Shown here piece after piece: positions 45,286 through 55,235 of a stretch of 64,000 nucleotides of DNA (within the stretch, counting starts at the first letter, position 1; each line of letters starts with the position of its first letter). Made by a program: the position numbers and the translations under genes. The DNA is from an uncultured Clostridium sp. Lineage in GTDB: Bacteria > Bacillota > Clostridia > TANB77 > CAG-508. Under the pieces are notes generated by a model. That model saw only the letters and a program-made list of their open reading frames with translations, was not told the origin of the DNA and ran no database searches. The stretch spans positions 36,338 to 100,337 of the forward strand of contig CAOKXF010000007.1 in assembly GCA_948473335.1 (NCBI GenBank), given 5' to 3'.

Positions 45286-47850
45286 ATGTACATATTTAAT
45301 AGGATAATGGTAAATTCCCAATTACCAAAAAGAATAGGCAGAATGGTAGAAATTGCAAATAATTTATGGTGGTCATGGAATACAGAATACTTAAGACTAT
45401 TTAGAAAAATAGATGTGGATTTATGGGAAGCATCAAACAAAAATCCTGTAAAATTTTTAAAAGCAGTATCGCAAGAAAAATTAGAGGATGCTATAAAAGA
45501 CCAAGAATTTCTAAAAGCATATGATAGTGTAGTAGAAAATTATGAAAGCTACATGAATAGTAAAACTACGTGGTTTTCAAAACAATATTCTGAGTATAAG
45601 AATGATGTAATAGCATATTTTTCAGCAGAATATGGATTAGACCAAATATTACCAATATATTCTGGAGGATTAGGAATATTATCAGGAGATCACTTGAAAT
45701 CAGCAAGTGATTTAGGAATACCATTAATAGCAGTAGGACTATTATATAAAAATGGATATTTTCATCAAAAAATAGATATAAATGGAAACCAACAATCAGA
45801 ATATCATGATTTAGACATATATAATTTACCAATGACAATAGTTAAAGATGAAAATGGAGAAGATTTAGTAATAAATATAAAAATGCCAAAAAGAAGGCTA
45901 TATCTAAAAGTATGGCAAGTAAATGTAGGAAGAGTAAAACTATATTTACTAGATTCAGACCATGACTTAAATCATGAAGAAGATAGAAATGTAACATTAA
46001 GATTATATGGTGGAGATCAGGAGATGAGAATAAGACAAGAAATCGTACTGGGAATGGGAGGAGTAAACCTATTAAAAACATTAGGAATAAACCCAACAAT
46101 CTACCATATGAACGAAGGACATTCAGCATTTTTAACATTAGAAATTATAAAAAATATAATAAAAGAGAAAAAAGTATCATTTGAAATAGCAAGAGATATA
46201 GCAACATCAAAAACGGTATTCACAACACATACACCAGTACCAGCAGGAAATGATATATTTCCAATTTCATTAGTAGAAAAATACTTCAAGGAATTTTGGC
46301 CAAAATTAGGAATACCAAGAGAAGAATTCTTAAAGTTAGGAATGAAACCATGTGATGCATTACAACCAGGATTCAATATGGGAATATTAGCTTTAAAAAT
46401 AGCTGGAAAGAAAAATGGAGTAAGTAAGTTACATGGAGAAGTATCGAGAGAGCTATTTGGAGAAGTATGGCCAGATATAGCAGCAGATGAATCACCAATA
46501 ACATATGTAACAAATGGAATACATACATGTTCATGGTTAGCGCCAACGATAAAAGATATGTACAACAAATATTTAATGCCATATTGGCAAGATAATATGC
46601 ATGAAGATTCAGTATGGGAAAAGGTAAAAAGTATACCAGATGACAAATTATGGAAAGCACATTTAGATAGAAAAGTTAAATTAATGGGAATTGTAAGAGA
46701 TAATGTAACATCAAGATTAAGAAGAAATGGAATGAGATATGAAGACATAAATGAAATATTATCAAAATTAGACCCAAATGCATTAACAATAGGATTTGCA
46801 AGAAGATTTGCAACATATAAAAGAGCAACATTAATATTTAAAGATTTAGAAAGAATAACACAAATATTAAATGATGAAGAACATCCAGTTCAACTGATAT
46901 TTGCAGGAAAGGCACATCCAGCAGACAAAGAAGGACAAGATTTAATAAAATATATACATGAAATATCGCTAATGCCACAATTTAAAGGGAAAATATTCTT
47001 ATTAGAAAATTATAGTATAGAAGTATCAAGATATTTAGTAAGTGGAGTAGATGTATGGTTAAATACACCAAGAAGACCAATGGAAGCATCAGGAACAAGT
47101 GGGCAAAAAGCAGCAGCAAATGGAGTTATAAATTTCAGTGTATTAGATGGATGGTGGGCAGAAGGATATAATGGAAAGAACGGTTGGCCTATAGGTTCAA
47201 ATATAGAATATCCATCTTATGAAATTCAAGATAAGGCAGATAGTGATAGAATCTATGAAATATTAGAAAATAAAATTATACCAATATATTATGACCAAGA
47301 CAGAAGTAAAATGTCAAAAAGATGGTTAGAAATAATGAAAGAAACAATAGCTACGAATGCAGGAAAATATAGCACAGCAAGAATGCTAGTGGAGTATACA
47401 AATAAATTATATATGCCTTTAGCAAAATTAACAAAAGAAAATTATAATGACTTAAATAAAGTAACTGAATATAATAGTTGGAAAAATGAGCTATATGCAA
47501 ATTGGAAAGATATAGAAATAAGTCAAGGTACTAATGCTGATAATATAGTCATAGACGCAGGAAATCAAATAGAGGTAAAGTGTCAAGTAGAATTGCCAAA
47601 TATAGATGTTAATAGTGTTAGTGTAGAAGTATATACAGGAAGAATTTCTCATGTTGGAAGTCTAGAAAAGGTAAAAGTTATACCTATGAAATTAGTAGGA
47701 ACAGATTCAGATAATAAAAGATATACATTTTCAGCTAAGATTGATTTCATAACAGGTGGAAATTATGGATATACATTTAGGGTAATGCCAAAAAGTAATA
47801 TGCTTTTAGATAGTGAAAATCTAAATTTAGTTAAATGGATAGAACAATAA
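45286..47850 (+). CDS. glgP: alpha-glucan (glycogen/maltodextrin) phosphorylase, GlgP_Cterm-type family
   Basis: 854 aa. NLWWSWN, YFSAEYGL, YSGGLGILSGDHLKSASDLG, GFARRFATYKR, EASGTSGQKAAANG (PLP Lys region). Confidence 0.85.
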   Translation: MYIFNRIMVNSQLPKRIGRMVEIANNLWWSWNTEYLRLFRKIDVDLWEASNKNPVKFLKAVSQEKLEDAIKDQEFLKAYDSVVENYESYMNSKTTWFSKQYSEYKNDVIAYFSAEYGLDQILPIYSGGLGILSGDHLKSASDLGIPLIAVGLLYKNGYFHQKIDINGNQQSEYHDLDIYNLPMTIVKDENGEDLVINIKMPKRRLYLKVWQVNVGRVKLYLLDSDHDLNHEEDRNVTLRLYGGDQEMRIRQEIVLGMGGVNLLKTLGINPTIYHMNEGHSAFLTLEIIKNIIKEKKVSFEIARDIATSKTVFTTHTPVPAGNDIFPISLVEKYFKEFWPKLGIPREEFLKLGMKPCDALQPGFNMGILALKIAGKKNGVSKLHGEVSRELFGEVWPDIAADESPITYVTNGIHTCSWLAPTIKDMYNKYLMPYWQDNMHEDSVWEKVKSIPDDKLWKAHLDRKVKLMGIVRDNVTSRLRRNGMRYEDINEILSKLDPNALTIGFARRFATYKRATLIFKDLERITQILNDEEHPVQLIFAGKAHPADKEGQDLIKYIHEISLMPQFKGKIFLLENYSIEVSRYLVSGVDVWLNTPRRPMEASGTSGQKAAANGVINFSVLDGWWAEGYNGKNGWPIGSNIEYPSYEIQDKADSDRIYEILENKIIPIYYDQDRSKMSKRWLEIMKETIATNAGKYSTARMLVEYTNKLYMPLAKLTKENYNDLNKVTEYNSWKNELYANWKDIEISQGTNADNIVIDAGNQIEVKCQVELPNIDVNSVSVEVYTGRISHVGSLEKVKVIPMKLVGTDSDNKRYTFSAKIDFITGGNYGYTFRVMPKSNMLLDSENLNLVKWIEQ

Positions 47851-47853
47851 GTA

Positions 47854-47882
47854 TTGACTTGATGTAAAATATATAGTATACT
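47854..47882 (+). promoter_or_regulatory. sigma-A type promoter (TTGACT-17-TATACT)
   Basis: Hexamers at 47854-47859 and 47877-47882, upstream of the 126-aa orphan gene. Confidence 0.5.
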
Positions 47883-47924
47883 TTTTATGTAACAAATGTA
47901 GTAAACTGATTTTGGAGGTGTTTT

Positions 47925-48305
47925 ATGAAGCAATATGAAATTGTACGAGAAGAACGGAAATACCTTTCTGAAGATGGATGCCCAGTAGATTTAATGGGCG
48001 AAATTTACAGAGCAAAAGCAGAAGATGAAGATGTGATTTTTACTTTATCTTCAGAAGCGTACAGAAGAATGTGTGCTTTCCCAGTCAAAAAAGAAGTAAC
48101 ATACTTTGTGCCATTTGGTGACACACAGAGTGTTGGCGTTGTTTGGCCTTCAGATGACCCAACTGAATATACTACTTCTGACTGGATGGAAATGAGCACA
48201 GGAGACAGATGTAAGACTTATTTTGTAGAGAGAGCCAATACAGAAGAGATAGTCTATAAATGTCCTTCAGAAGGTGCCAGAGTAGTAAATTATATAATTG
48301 AATAA
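47925..48305 (+). CDS. hypothetical soluble protein (126 aa, higher-GC orphan)
   Basis: RBS is tttggaggtgtttt ATG. No recognisable motif. GC content is clearly above the flanks. Followed by the hairpin GTGGAGG...CCTCCAC (about 48328-48360). Confidence 0.6.
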   Translation: MKQYEIVREERKYLSEDGCPVDLMGEIYRAKAEDEDVIFTLSSEAYRRMCAFPVKKEVTYFVPFGDTQSVGVVWPSDDPTEYTTSDWMEMSTGDRCKTYFVERANTEEIVYKCPSEGARVVNYIIE

Positions 48306-48474
48306 GTAAAAAAAGTGCATTAAATGGTGGAGGTTGTTGCAAAGCGCAATAGCCTCCACTCATATATTATATAACGTAAATAGATAAAAAAATTACACAA
48401 AAATAAAAAAATCGACAAATAAGAACACTTGACATAAAAAATACATAATATATAACAGCAAAGGAGTGAAGAAC

Positions 48475-49722
48475 ATGTCAAGTTACATAATACAAGGAGG
48501 AGAAAAACTACAAGGAGAAGTCAAAATCTCAGGTTCAAAAAATGCAGCATTACCAATAATGGCAGCGAGCATATTAAATGGAGGAATAACAAAGTTATAC
48601 AATGTACCAAATATACATGATACACAAAAAATGATAGAAATATTAAAATTATTAGGATGTAAAATAAAGAAGAAAGAAAATAAAATAATAATAGATTCAA
48701 GTAAAGTAGAAAGATATGAAATACCAGAAGATTTAATGAGAGAAATGAGATCATCTGTAATATTAGCAGGAGGAATAGTTGGAAAATATAGAAGAGCAAC
48801 ATTTTCATATCCAGGAGGATGTGATATTGGAGCAAGACCAATAGACTTACATTTAAAGGCATTCGAAAAATTAGGGATAAATATTAGTGAAAACTATGGA
48901 AAAATAGAATGCAAATGTGATAAAATAGTGGGGACAAAAATTGATTTAGATTTTCCAAGTGTAGGAGCAACTGAAAACACAATATTAGCAGCATGCTTAG
49001 CAGAAGGAACAACAACAATAAACAATGCAGCAAGGGAACCAGAAATAATAGATTTACAAAAATTCTTAAACAGAATGGGAGCAAAAGTTAAAGGAGCAGG
49101 AACTAATACAATAGAAATACAAGGTGTAAAAAGACTAAAAGATGTAGATTACAACATAATGCCAGATAGAATAGAAGCAGGAACATTTTTAGTAGCAGGA
49201 GCAATAACAGAGGGAAAAATAAAGTTATTAAATGCAGATGCCACTCAAATACAACCAGTAATAAATAAGTTAGAAGAAGCAAATTGTAAAATAGAAATAG
49301 AAAAAGATTATATAGAATTAATAGCACCAAAAAGATTAAAAGCTGTAGATATAAAAACGATGCCATATCCAGGATTTCCAACAGATATGCAAGCAGTATT
49401 TACAGCAGCAATGGCAAAAGCAAAAGGAACATCGGTAATAGTAGAAAATATATTTGAAAATAGATACAAATATACACAAGAGTTAATAAGAATGGGAGCA
49501 AAAATAACAATAGAAGGAAGAACAGCAGTAGTAAAAGGAGTAAAAAAAGTACAAGGAACAACAGTAAAAGCAACGGATTTAAGAGGAGGAGCAGCAATGG
49601 TAATATTAGGATTATCAGCAAAAGGGATAACAGAAGTAGACAATATACACTATATACTAAGAGGATATGAAAAATTAGAAAAAAAATTAGAAAACTTAGG
49701 AGCAAAAATATATATGAAGTAG
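48475..49722 (+). CDS. murA: UDP-N-acetylglucosamine 1-carboxyvinyltransferase
   Basis: ATG at 48475 follows aaaggagtgaagaac. ISGSKNAALPIMAASIL, PGGCDIGARPIDLHL (active-site Cys), LRGGAAMVILGL. Confidence 0.9.
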   Translation: MSSYIIQGGEKLQGEVKISGSKNAALPIMAASILNGGITKLYNVPNIHDTQKMIEILKLLGCKIKKKENKIIIDSSKVERYEIPEDLMREMRSSVILAGGIVGKYRRATFSYPGGCDIGARPIDLHLKAFEKLGINISENYGKIECKCDKIVGTKIDLDFPSVGATENTILAACLAEGTTTINNAAREPEIIDLQKFLNRMGAKVKGAGTNTIEIQGVKRLKDVDYNIMPDRIEAGTFLVAGAITEGKIKLLNADATQIQPVINKLEEANCKIEIEKDYIELIAPKRLKAVDIKTMPYPGFPTDMQAVFTAAMAKAKGTSVIVENIFENRYKYTQELIRMGAKITIEGRTAVVKGVKKVQGTTVKATDLRGGAAMVILGLSAKGITEVDNIHYILRGYEKLEKKLENLGAKIYMK

Positions 49723-49734
49723 AAAGGAATCCAA

Positions 49735-50658
49735 ATGAGTAACAAAAAGAAAAAGGTGATAGAACAAAATCAAACCATAAAGGATAACAGAGTAAGGCAA
49801 AAAAGAAAATCTACAAAGGGCAAAAAGGTGGTAGTACAGGAAACTACCACCCAACATAAAAATATTGAAGAGCAAAAATCTATTCCCAAAAGAAAAAGAG
49901 TATTGACAAAAGAAGAAATAATAAGAAAGAAGAAGAAAATAAAAAATACGATAAGATTTATAATTTTGCTTATTATAATGTTAGGAATAGGAGCTTTTTT
50001 ATGCACATCAAAAGTATTTAAAATACAAGAAATAAAAATATTTGGAAATGAACAAATAATGAAAGAAGAATTGCAAGTAGAAGATAAAATAGGGCATAAT
50101 ATATTTTTAATAAGTAAAATAAAAATAGAAAAAGATCTTAAGAAAAATCCATATGTTAAAAAAGTGACAACTAAAAAAGTATTACCGAATAAACTGGAGA
50201 TAACAATAGAAGAAAGACAAAAAGATTTTATGATAAAAACAGAAGATGGATATATATACATGGACAAGCAAGGATATTTATTAGAAAAATCAAGTATAAA
50301 CTTAGAGAAAATAATATTAACAGGATATACCACTAAAGAATTGGAACCAGGAAAAAGATTAGAAGATGAAGATTTAGAAAAATTAGAAGATATAAGGAAT
50401 ATTATAAAAAATTGCAAAAAAATAGAAATATATGATATAATAACAACTATCGACATATCTGATGAAGATGAATATATAATATATATTGAAAGTATGAGAA
50501 AATTAATATATATAGGAGATAGTAGTAATCTAGCAAATAAAATGTTGTTCATAGAAGATATGTTAGAAAAAGAACAAGGAAAAGAGGGAAAAATATTTGT
50601 AAATGGAGACTTTAGTGAAGGATTCCAAGCATATTTTAGAGAGGAATCAAATCAATAA
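49735..50658 (+). CDS. ftsQ: cell division protein FtsQ/DivIB
   Basis: Basic N-terminal tail, one TM helix, a POTRA region FKIQEIKIFGNEQIMKEEL, and its position between murA and ftsA. Confidence 0.8.
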   Translation: MSNKKKKVIEQNQTIKDNRVRQKRKSTKGKKVVVQETTTQHKNIEEQKSIPKRKRVLTKEEIIRKKKKIKNTIRFIILLIIMLGIGAFLCTSKVFKIQEIKIFGNEQIMKEELQVEDKIGHNIFLISKIKIEKDLKKNPYVKKVTTKKVLPNKLEITIEERQKDFMIKTEDGYIYMDKQGYLLEKSSINLEKIILTGYTTKELEPGKRLEDEDLEKLEDIRNIIKNCKKIEIYDIITTIDISDEDEYIIYIESMRKLIYIGDSSNLANKMLFIEDMLEKEQGKEGKIFVNGDFSEGFQAYFREESNQ

Positions 50659-50692
50659 AAGGTAAGAATATAAAAATAGAGAGGGAAAAGAA

Positions 50693-51409
50693 ATGAATAA
50701 AAAAGGTATATGTTTAACACTAGGAATAATGTGTGCAGTATTAACATATGGGATATGTATGCAAATGAAAACAGTAAGAGGTTTTGGAGTAATAACAGGA
50801 GGAACATCAAATCAAAATAAATATAAAGAAGATATATTAAAAACAAAAGAAAAGTATGACAATGTATATAGAGATTTAGAACATCTAAATAAGGAGTTAG
50901 AAAAAGAGAGAGCAAATGCAACACAAAATGATACAGAGCTTGCAAAAATAGAGGAAGAAATAAAGCAAATAAATAAGCTATTAGGATTAACAGATGTAAG
51001 TGGTAAAGGAGTAAAAATAGTACTAAAAGATAGTTCTATGTCAGCGTCAAATTACTTTGGAGAATCAAGTGACTTAGTAGTACATGACAAATACATAATG
51101 CACATAGTTAATGAATTATATAATGCAGGAGCAGAAGCAATATCAATAAATGATGTAAGAGTAGTGTCAACATCATCAATACAATGCGATGGAAACGTAA
51201 TAAAAATAGGAGGAGAAAGAATAGGATCGCCATTTGAAATAAAAGCAATAGGGTATCCAGAGTATTTATATAACTTAAATAGACCAGGGGGAAGACTAGA
51301 AAAGATACGAGCAGAAAGTATGATTGACCCAATTATAACTAAAGAGAGTGAAATAAAAATACCCAAATATACTGGAACATTAAAATTTGAGTATATAAAT
51401 AAAAAATGA
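50693..51409 (+). CDS. DUF881 division-associated protein (YlxW/YlxX-like)
   Basis: TM helix, coiled coil, then LLGLTDVSGKGVKIVLKD...VVHDKYIMHIVNELYNAGAEAISINDVRV. Confidence 0.75.
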   Translation: MNKKGICLTLGIMCAVLTYGICMQMKTVRGFGVITGGTSNQNKYKEDILKTKEKYDNVYRDLEHLNKELEKERANATQNDTELAKIEEEIKQINKLLGLTDVSGKGVKIVLKDSSMSASNYFGESSDLVVHDKYIMHIVNELYNAGAEAISINDVRVVSTSSIQCDGNVIKIGGERIGSPFEIKAIGYPEYLYNLNRPGGRLEKIRAESMIDPIITKESEIKIPKYTGTLKFEYINKK

Positions 51410-51456
51410 AATTTATATTAAAAAATATTTGAATCAATCTTGAGAGGAGTTCTTAA

Positions 51457-52155
51457 ATGAATAAAGAGAAGATTATAATAACAATTACAGTAGGAATTGT
51501 ATGTTTATTACTTGTAATGACAATGTTTATGCAATTTAAAGTAGTAAATGAAACAGATATAGCCTCATTAGAAGCAATGACAGAATCAGAATTACGTTCA
51601 GAATTATCAGAAATAAAAGATAAATATGACAAAGTAGCAAAACAATATGCAGAAACATTAGTCAAATTAAAAGATTATAAAGATGAATATAAAACAGAAG
51701 TAGAAACAAGAGATATATTAGAAAAAGAATTATATCAACAAAAAACTTTGTTGGGATTAACAGATGTTGAAGGACCAGGAATAATAATAACAATAACTGA
51801 AGACAATGTTGAAGATGATCGAATAACTTATGAGGACTTATTAGTAATAGTAAATGCATTAAAAGGGGCAGGAGCAGAAGCAATATCAATAAATGGACAC
51901 AGGATACTAACTACAACATATATATTTGATATAGGGGATATTGAATATACAAGAGTTAATGGAGAAAGAGTATTACCACCATATATAATAAAAGCAATAG
52001 GAAATCAAACATATTTGGAGAGTGCATTATTTGGAAAAGGTGGATATGTAGATGAATTGAAAAAATATGGATTTAATGTAACTATAGAAAAATATAATAA
52101 TATATTTATTGAAAAATATAATGATGGAGTAATCAAATCAAAATATATGAATTAA
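51457..52155 (+). CDS. DUF881 division-associated protein, second paralogue
   Basis: LLGLTDVEGPGIIITITED...LLVIVNALKGAGAEAISINGHRI. Confidence 0.75.
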   Translation: MNKEKIIITITVGIVCLLLVMTMFMQFKVVNETDIASLEAMTESELRSELSEIKDKYDKVAKQYAETLVKLKDYKDEYKTEVETRDILEKELYQQKTLLGLTDVEGPGIIITITEDNVEDDRITYEDLLVIVNALKGAGAEAISINGHRILTTTYIFDIGDIEYTRVNGERVLPPYIIKAIGNQTYLESALFGKGGYVDELKKYGFNVTIEKYNNIFIEKYNDGVIKSKYMN

Positions 52156-52185
52156 AAATAAGTATAAAAAGGAAGGAAGAAGAAA

Positions 52186-52584
52186 ATGATTTATTTAGCA
52201 ATAATAATTGGATGTATAATAGGAGCTATAATAGGAACAAATGCACCAATAATACCATATTCATATTCAATATTTTTAGCAATAGGAGTAATAGCAGCAT
52301 TAGATTCAGTATTAGGAGGAGTAACATCAATATTAAAAAAGAACTTTGATTTTATGATATTTATAACAGGATTTTTTTGTAATGCAATATTAGCAATGTT
52401 ATTAACATATTTAGGGCAAAAGTTAAATGTAGATATATACATAGCAGCAATATTTGTATTCATAAACAGAATGTTTATAAATTTGACAATAATAAGAAGA
52501 TATTATGTTGAAAAATGGCTTAAAAATGTAGAAAAGGTAAAAAGTAAATTGCCAATAAAGGGGCAAAGTAAGACAAAAGTGTAG
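52186..52584 (+). CDS. sbp: small basic protein Sbp (DUF1290)
   Basis: 132 aa, 4 TM helices and a basic tail. It occupies the conserved slot between the DUF881 genes and ftsA. Confidence 0.7.
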   Translation: MIYLAIIIGCIIGAIIGTNAPIIPYSYSIFLAIGVIAALDSVLGGVTSILKKNFDFMIFITGFFCNAILAMLLTYLGQKLNVDIYIAAIFVFINRMFINLTIIRRYYVEKWLKNVEKVKSKLPIKGQSKTKV

Positions 52585-52595
52585 AAAAATAAAAC

Positions 52596-52650
52596 ATTAC
52601 AGAAACATTACAAAAATATTACAAAATAATTACAAGAATATTACAAATTC
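52596..52650. repeat. five tandem 11-bp units, each beginning ATTACA
   Basis: ATTACA starts at 52596, 52607, 52618, 52629 and 52640, an exact 11-bp period. The array sits immediately upstream of the ftsA -35 element. Confidence 0.9.
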
Positions 52651-52652
52651 TA

Positions 52653-52681
52653 TTGACAAAAATCGCAAAATGTAATATATA
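52653..52681 (+). promoter_or_regulatory. sigma-A type promoter of ftsA-ftsZ (TTGACA-17-TATATA)
   Basis: -35 at 52653-52658 and -10 at 52676-52681. An inverted TGTAAT (52671-52676) overlaps the spacer/-10 region. Confidence 0.5.
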
Positions 52682-52719
52682 TAAACATAGAAAAAATTAA
52701 ATCAATTGGGGGAATTATC

Positions 52720-53949
52720 TTGGCAATAGGTGATATAATAGTTGGCATTGATATAGGAACTTCTAGAGTCAGCACAGTTGTAGGCGAGGTCAACAATTTC
52801 GGACAAATAGAAACTATATGCAATGTATCACAAAAATGTGGTGGTATAAAAAAGGGAAAAATAATAAATGAAGAAGAAATAAGTATCTGCATATCTAAGA
52901 CCATAAAAAGTGCCGAAGATGAAGCAAATATAAAAATCAACTCAGCATATATTACAGTACCAGGAAAATATGTAACAATAGTACAAAATAGCAGTAGTAA
53001 AGAAATAAAGGATAAGTTTGCAGGAGTAACATTAAAAGATGTACAAAGTGCAATAATGCAAGTAAAAGATATAGAAATACCTGAAAATAAAACATTAGTA
53101 GATATTGTAATAGACAAAATAATATTAGACGATGGAAAAATAGTAGCAGATCCAATAGGAACACTAAGCTCAAGCATAACAATGCATGCAGAAATAATAT
53201 TAGCAGAAAAAGAATATATTAGACAAGTAACAAACATATTTAAAAAGTCTGGACTAGAAATAGGGGGAATAGTACCAACAACATTAGCAGAAAGAAATTT
53301 AATACTAGATACAAATGAATTACATGATAATGTTATGATATTAGATATAGGAGCAGGCAATACAGAAATAGGAGTATTTGATGGAGATACATTTTCATAT
53401 ACAAATACAATACCATTAGGAGGAGACAGTATAACAAGTGATATTTCTTTAGTATTAAATATAGCTGAAGAAGAAGCAAACAAATTAAAAAGACAATATG
53501 GATTAGCATTAAGGTCATTTATAGATAATGATAATGAAATAATGCTAAATACATGTAAAGATGAAACAAGGAATAAGGTAATAAAAAGTTCAGAACTGAT
53601 AGAAATAATAGAAGCAAGAATAGAAGAAATATTTTCATTAGTAAATAGAGACATAACAAATAGAGGACTCAAATCAAAAATAAACAATGTAGTATTAACA
53701 GGACAAGGAATAACAAATATCAGTAAAAGTGATGTAGCAGGGAAAATAATATTAAATATACCAGTAAAAATAGCAACAGGAAGAGCAATAAGTATGGTAA
53801 GACCAGAATATAGGACAAGTTATGCTTTAGTAAGGTACATAGCAAATAGACCATTTGTAAAAACAGTATCAAGCAATATAGATGTAGAATCAAAAGAAAG
53901 TATGCTAAAAACAATAGTAAACAGAGTAAAGGAATTTTTTTACTCATAG
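52720..53949 (+). CDS. ftsA: cell division protein FtsA
   Basis: TTG start follows gggggaattatc. GIDIGTSRVSTVVGE, ILDIGAGNTEIGVF, and an actin-like fold pattern. Confidence 0.9.
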   Translation: MAIGDIIVGIDIGTSRVSTVVGEVNNFGQIETICNVSQKCGGIKKGKIINEEEISICISKTIKSAEDEANIKINSAYITVPGKYVTIVQNSSSKEIKDKFAGVTLKDVQSAIMQVKDIEIPENKTLVDIVIDKIILDDGKIVADPIGTLSSSITMHAEIILAEKEYIRQVTNIFKKSGLEIGGIVPTTLAERNLILDTNELHDNVMILDIGAGNTEIGVFDGDTFSYTNTIPLGGDSITSDISLVLNIAEEEANKLKRQYGLALRSFIDNDNEIMLNTCKDETRNKVIKSSELIEIIEARIEEIFSLVNRDITNRGLKSKINNVVLTGQGITNISKSDVAGKIILNIPVKIATGRAISMVRPEYRTSYALVRYIANRPFVKTVSSNIDVESKESMLKTIVNRVKEFFYS

Positions 53950-54002
53950 AATGAAATAAAGTTTTTAATTTTAATTATATAAAATATAGGGAGGAAGAAA
54001 AC

Positions 54003-55130
54003 ATGATGGTGGAATATAATGACAATAATAATGAAACAATGATGGACGGATCAGCTACAATAAAAGTAATAGGAGTAGGAGGAGCAGGAAATAACGCAGT
54101 AGACAGAATGATAAGATCAGGAATAAGAGGAGTAGAATTTATAGTAGTAAATACAGATAGACAAGTGCTACAAGAATCAAAAGCCTCAACAAAAATACAA
54201 ATAGGAGAAAAAATAACAAGAGGGTTAGGAGCAGGAGCAAACCCAGATATAGGAGCACAATCAGCAGAAGAAAACAAATCAGAAATAACAGAAGTATTAC
54301 GTGGAGCAGACATGGTATTTGTAACAGCTGGAATGGGCGGAGGAACAGGAACAGGAGCAGCACCAATAGTAGCACAAGTAGCAAAAGAGATGGGAATACT
54401 AACAATAGGAGTAGTAACAAAACCATTTACATTTGAAGGAAAAAGACGTCTATCACAAGCAGAAAGAGGAATAGAAAGTCTAAAAGGAAAAGTAGATGCA
54501 TTAGTAGTAATACCAAATGATAAACTATTACAAATAATAGACAGAAAAACAAGTATGGTAGAAGCATTCCAAAAAGCAGATGAAGTATTAATGCAAGGTG
54601 TACAAGGAATATCAGACTTAATAACAGTAACAGGTACAGTAAACTTAGATTTTGCAGATGTAAAAACAATAATGTTAAATACAGGAATGGCACATATGGG
54701 AATAGGAAGAGCATCAGGAGAAAATAGAGCAGAAGATGCAGCAAAAGAAGCAATACAAAGTCCACTATTAGAAACATCAATTGAAGGAGCAAGAGGAGTA
54801 ATAATAAATATAACAGGAGGAGACGATTTAGGGTTACAAGAAGTAAATACAGCAGCAGAATTAATACAAAGAAGTGTAGATCCAGAGGCCAACATAATAT
54901 TTGGTACAGTAGTAAATCCAGAATTAGAAGATGAAATACAAATAACAGTAATAGCAACAGGATTTGATAAAACTCAACCTGCAGGAACAGGATTAGGAGT
55001 AGATAGCATAGTATCAAAAACATGGGAGAAGAAAATAAGTTCAATACCAACAAGTTCTGATTTAGGAAGTTCACAAGGAGATTTAGATATTCCATCATTC
55101 TTACGTAAAAATAAAAGCAAAAATATGTAG
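54003..55130 (+). CDS. ftsZ: cell division GTPase FtsZ
   Basis: [14 protein letters not shown], tubulin signature [19 protein letters not shown], and a C-terminal DIPSFLRK peptide. Confidence 0.95.
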   Translation: MMVEYNDNNNETMMDGSATIKVIGVGGAGNNAVDRMIRSGIRGVEFIVVNTDRQVLQESKASTKIQIGEKITRGLGAGANPDIGAQSAEENKSEITEVLRGADMVFVTAGMGGGTGTGAAPIVAQVAKEMGILTIGVVTKPFTFEGKRRLSQAERGIESLKGKVDALVVIPNDKLLQIIDRKTSMVEAFQKADEVLMQGVQGISDLITVTGTVNLDFADVKTIMLNTGMAHMGIGRASGENRAEDAAKEAIQSPLLETSIEGARGVIINITGGDDLGLQEVNTAAELIQRSVDPEANIIFGTVVNPELEDEIQITVIATGFDKTQPAGTGLGVDSIVSKTWEKKISSIPTSSDLGSSQGDLDIPSFLRKNKSKNM

Positions 55131-55148
55131 ATAAGAGAAATTATGAAA

Positions 55149-55185
55149 AGAAATAATCTATAAATGTAGATTATTTCTTTTTTTC
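55149..55185 (+). terminator. rho-independent terminator after ftsZ
   Basis: 12-bp perfect stem AGAAATAATCTA/TAGATTATTTCT followed by TTTTTTT. Confidence 0.8.
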
Positions 55186-55235
55186 TACAAGAAGAAAAGA
55201 CAGATTTCTTGAAAGACAAGTGCTAGAATATATAC

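Noticed and set aside
52650-53687. 345-aa ORF on the minus strand opposite ftsA. Similar long antisense ORFs lie at 53975..54895 (opposite ftsZ), 49770..50552 (ftsQ), 46101..46748 (glgP), 10495..11190 (yhaN-like) and 3008..3550 (cdaA).
   Set aside because: They exactly shadow well-supported + strand genes. They encode low-complexity Ile/Ser/Phe/Leu-rich sequence, lack RBSs, and are expected artefacts of purine-rich, AT-rich coding strands.
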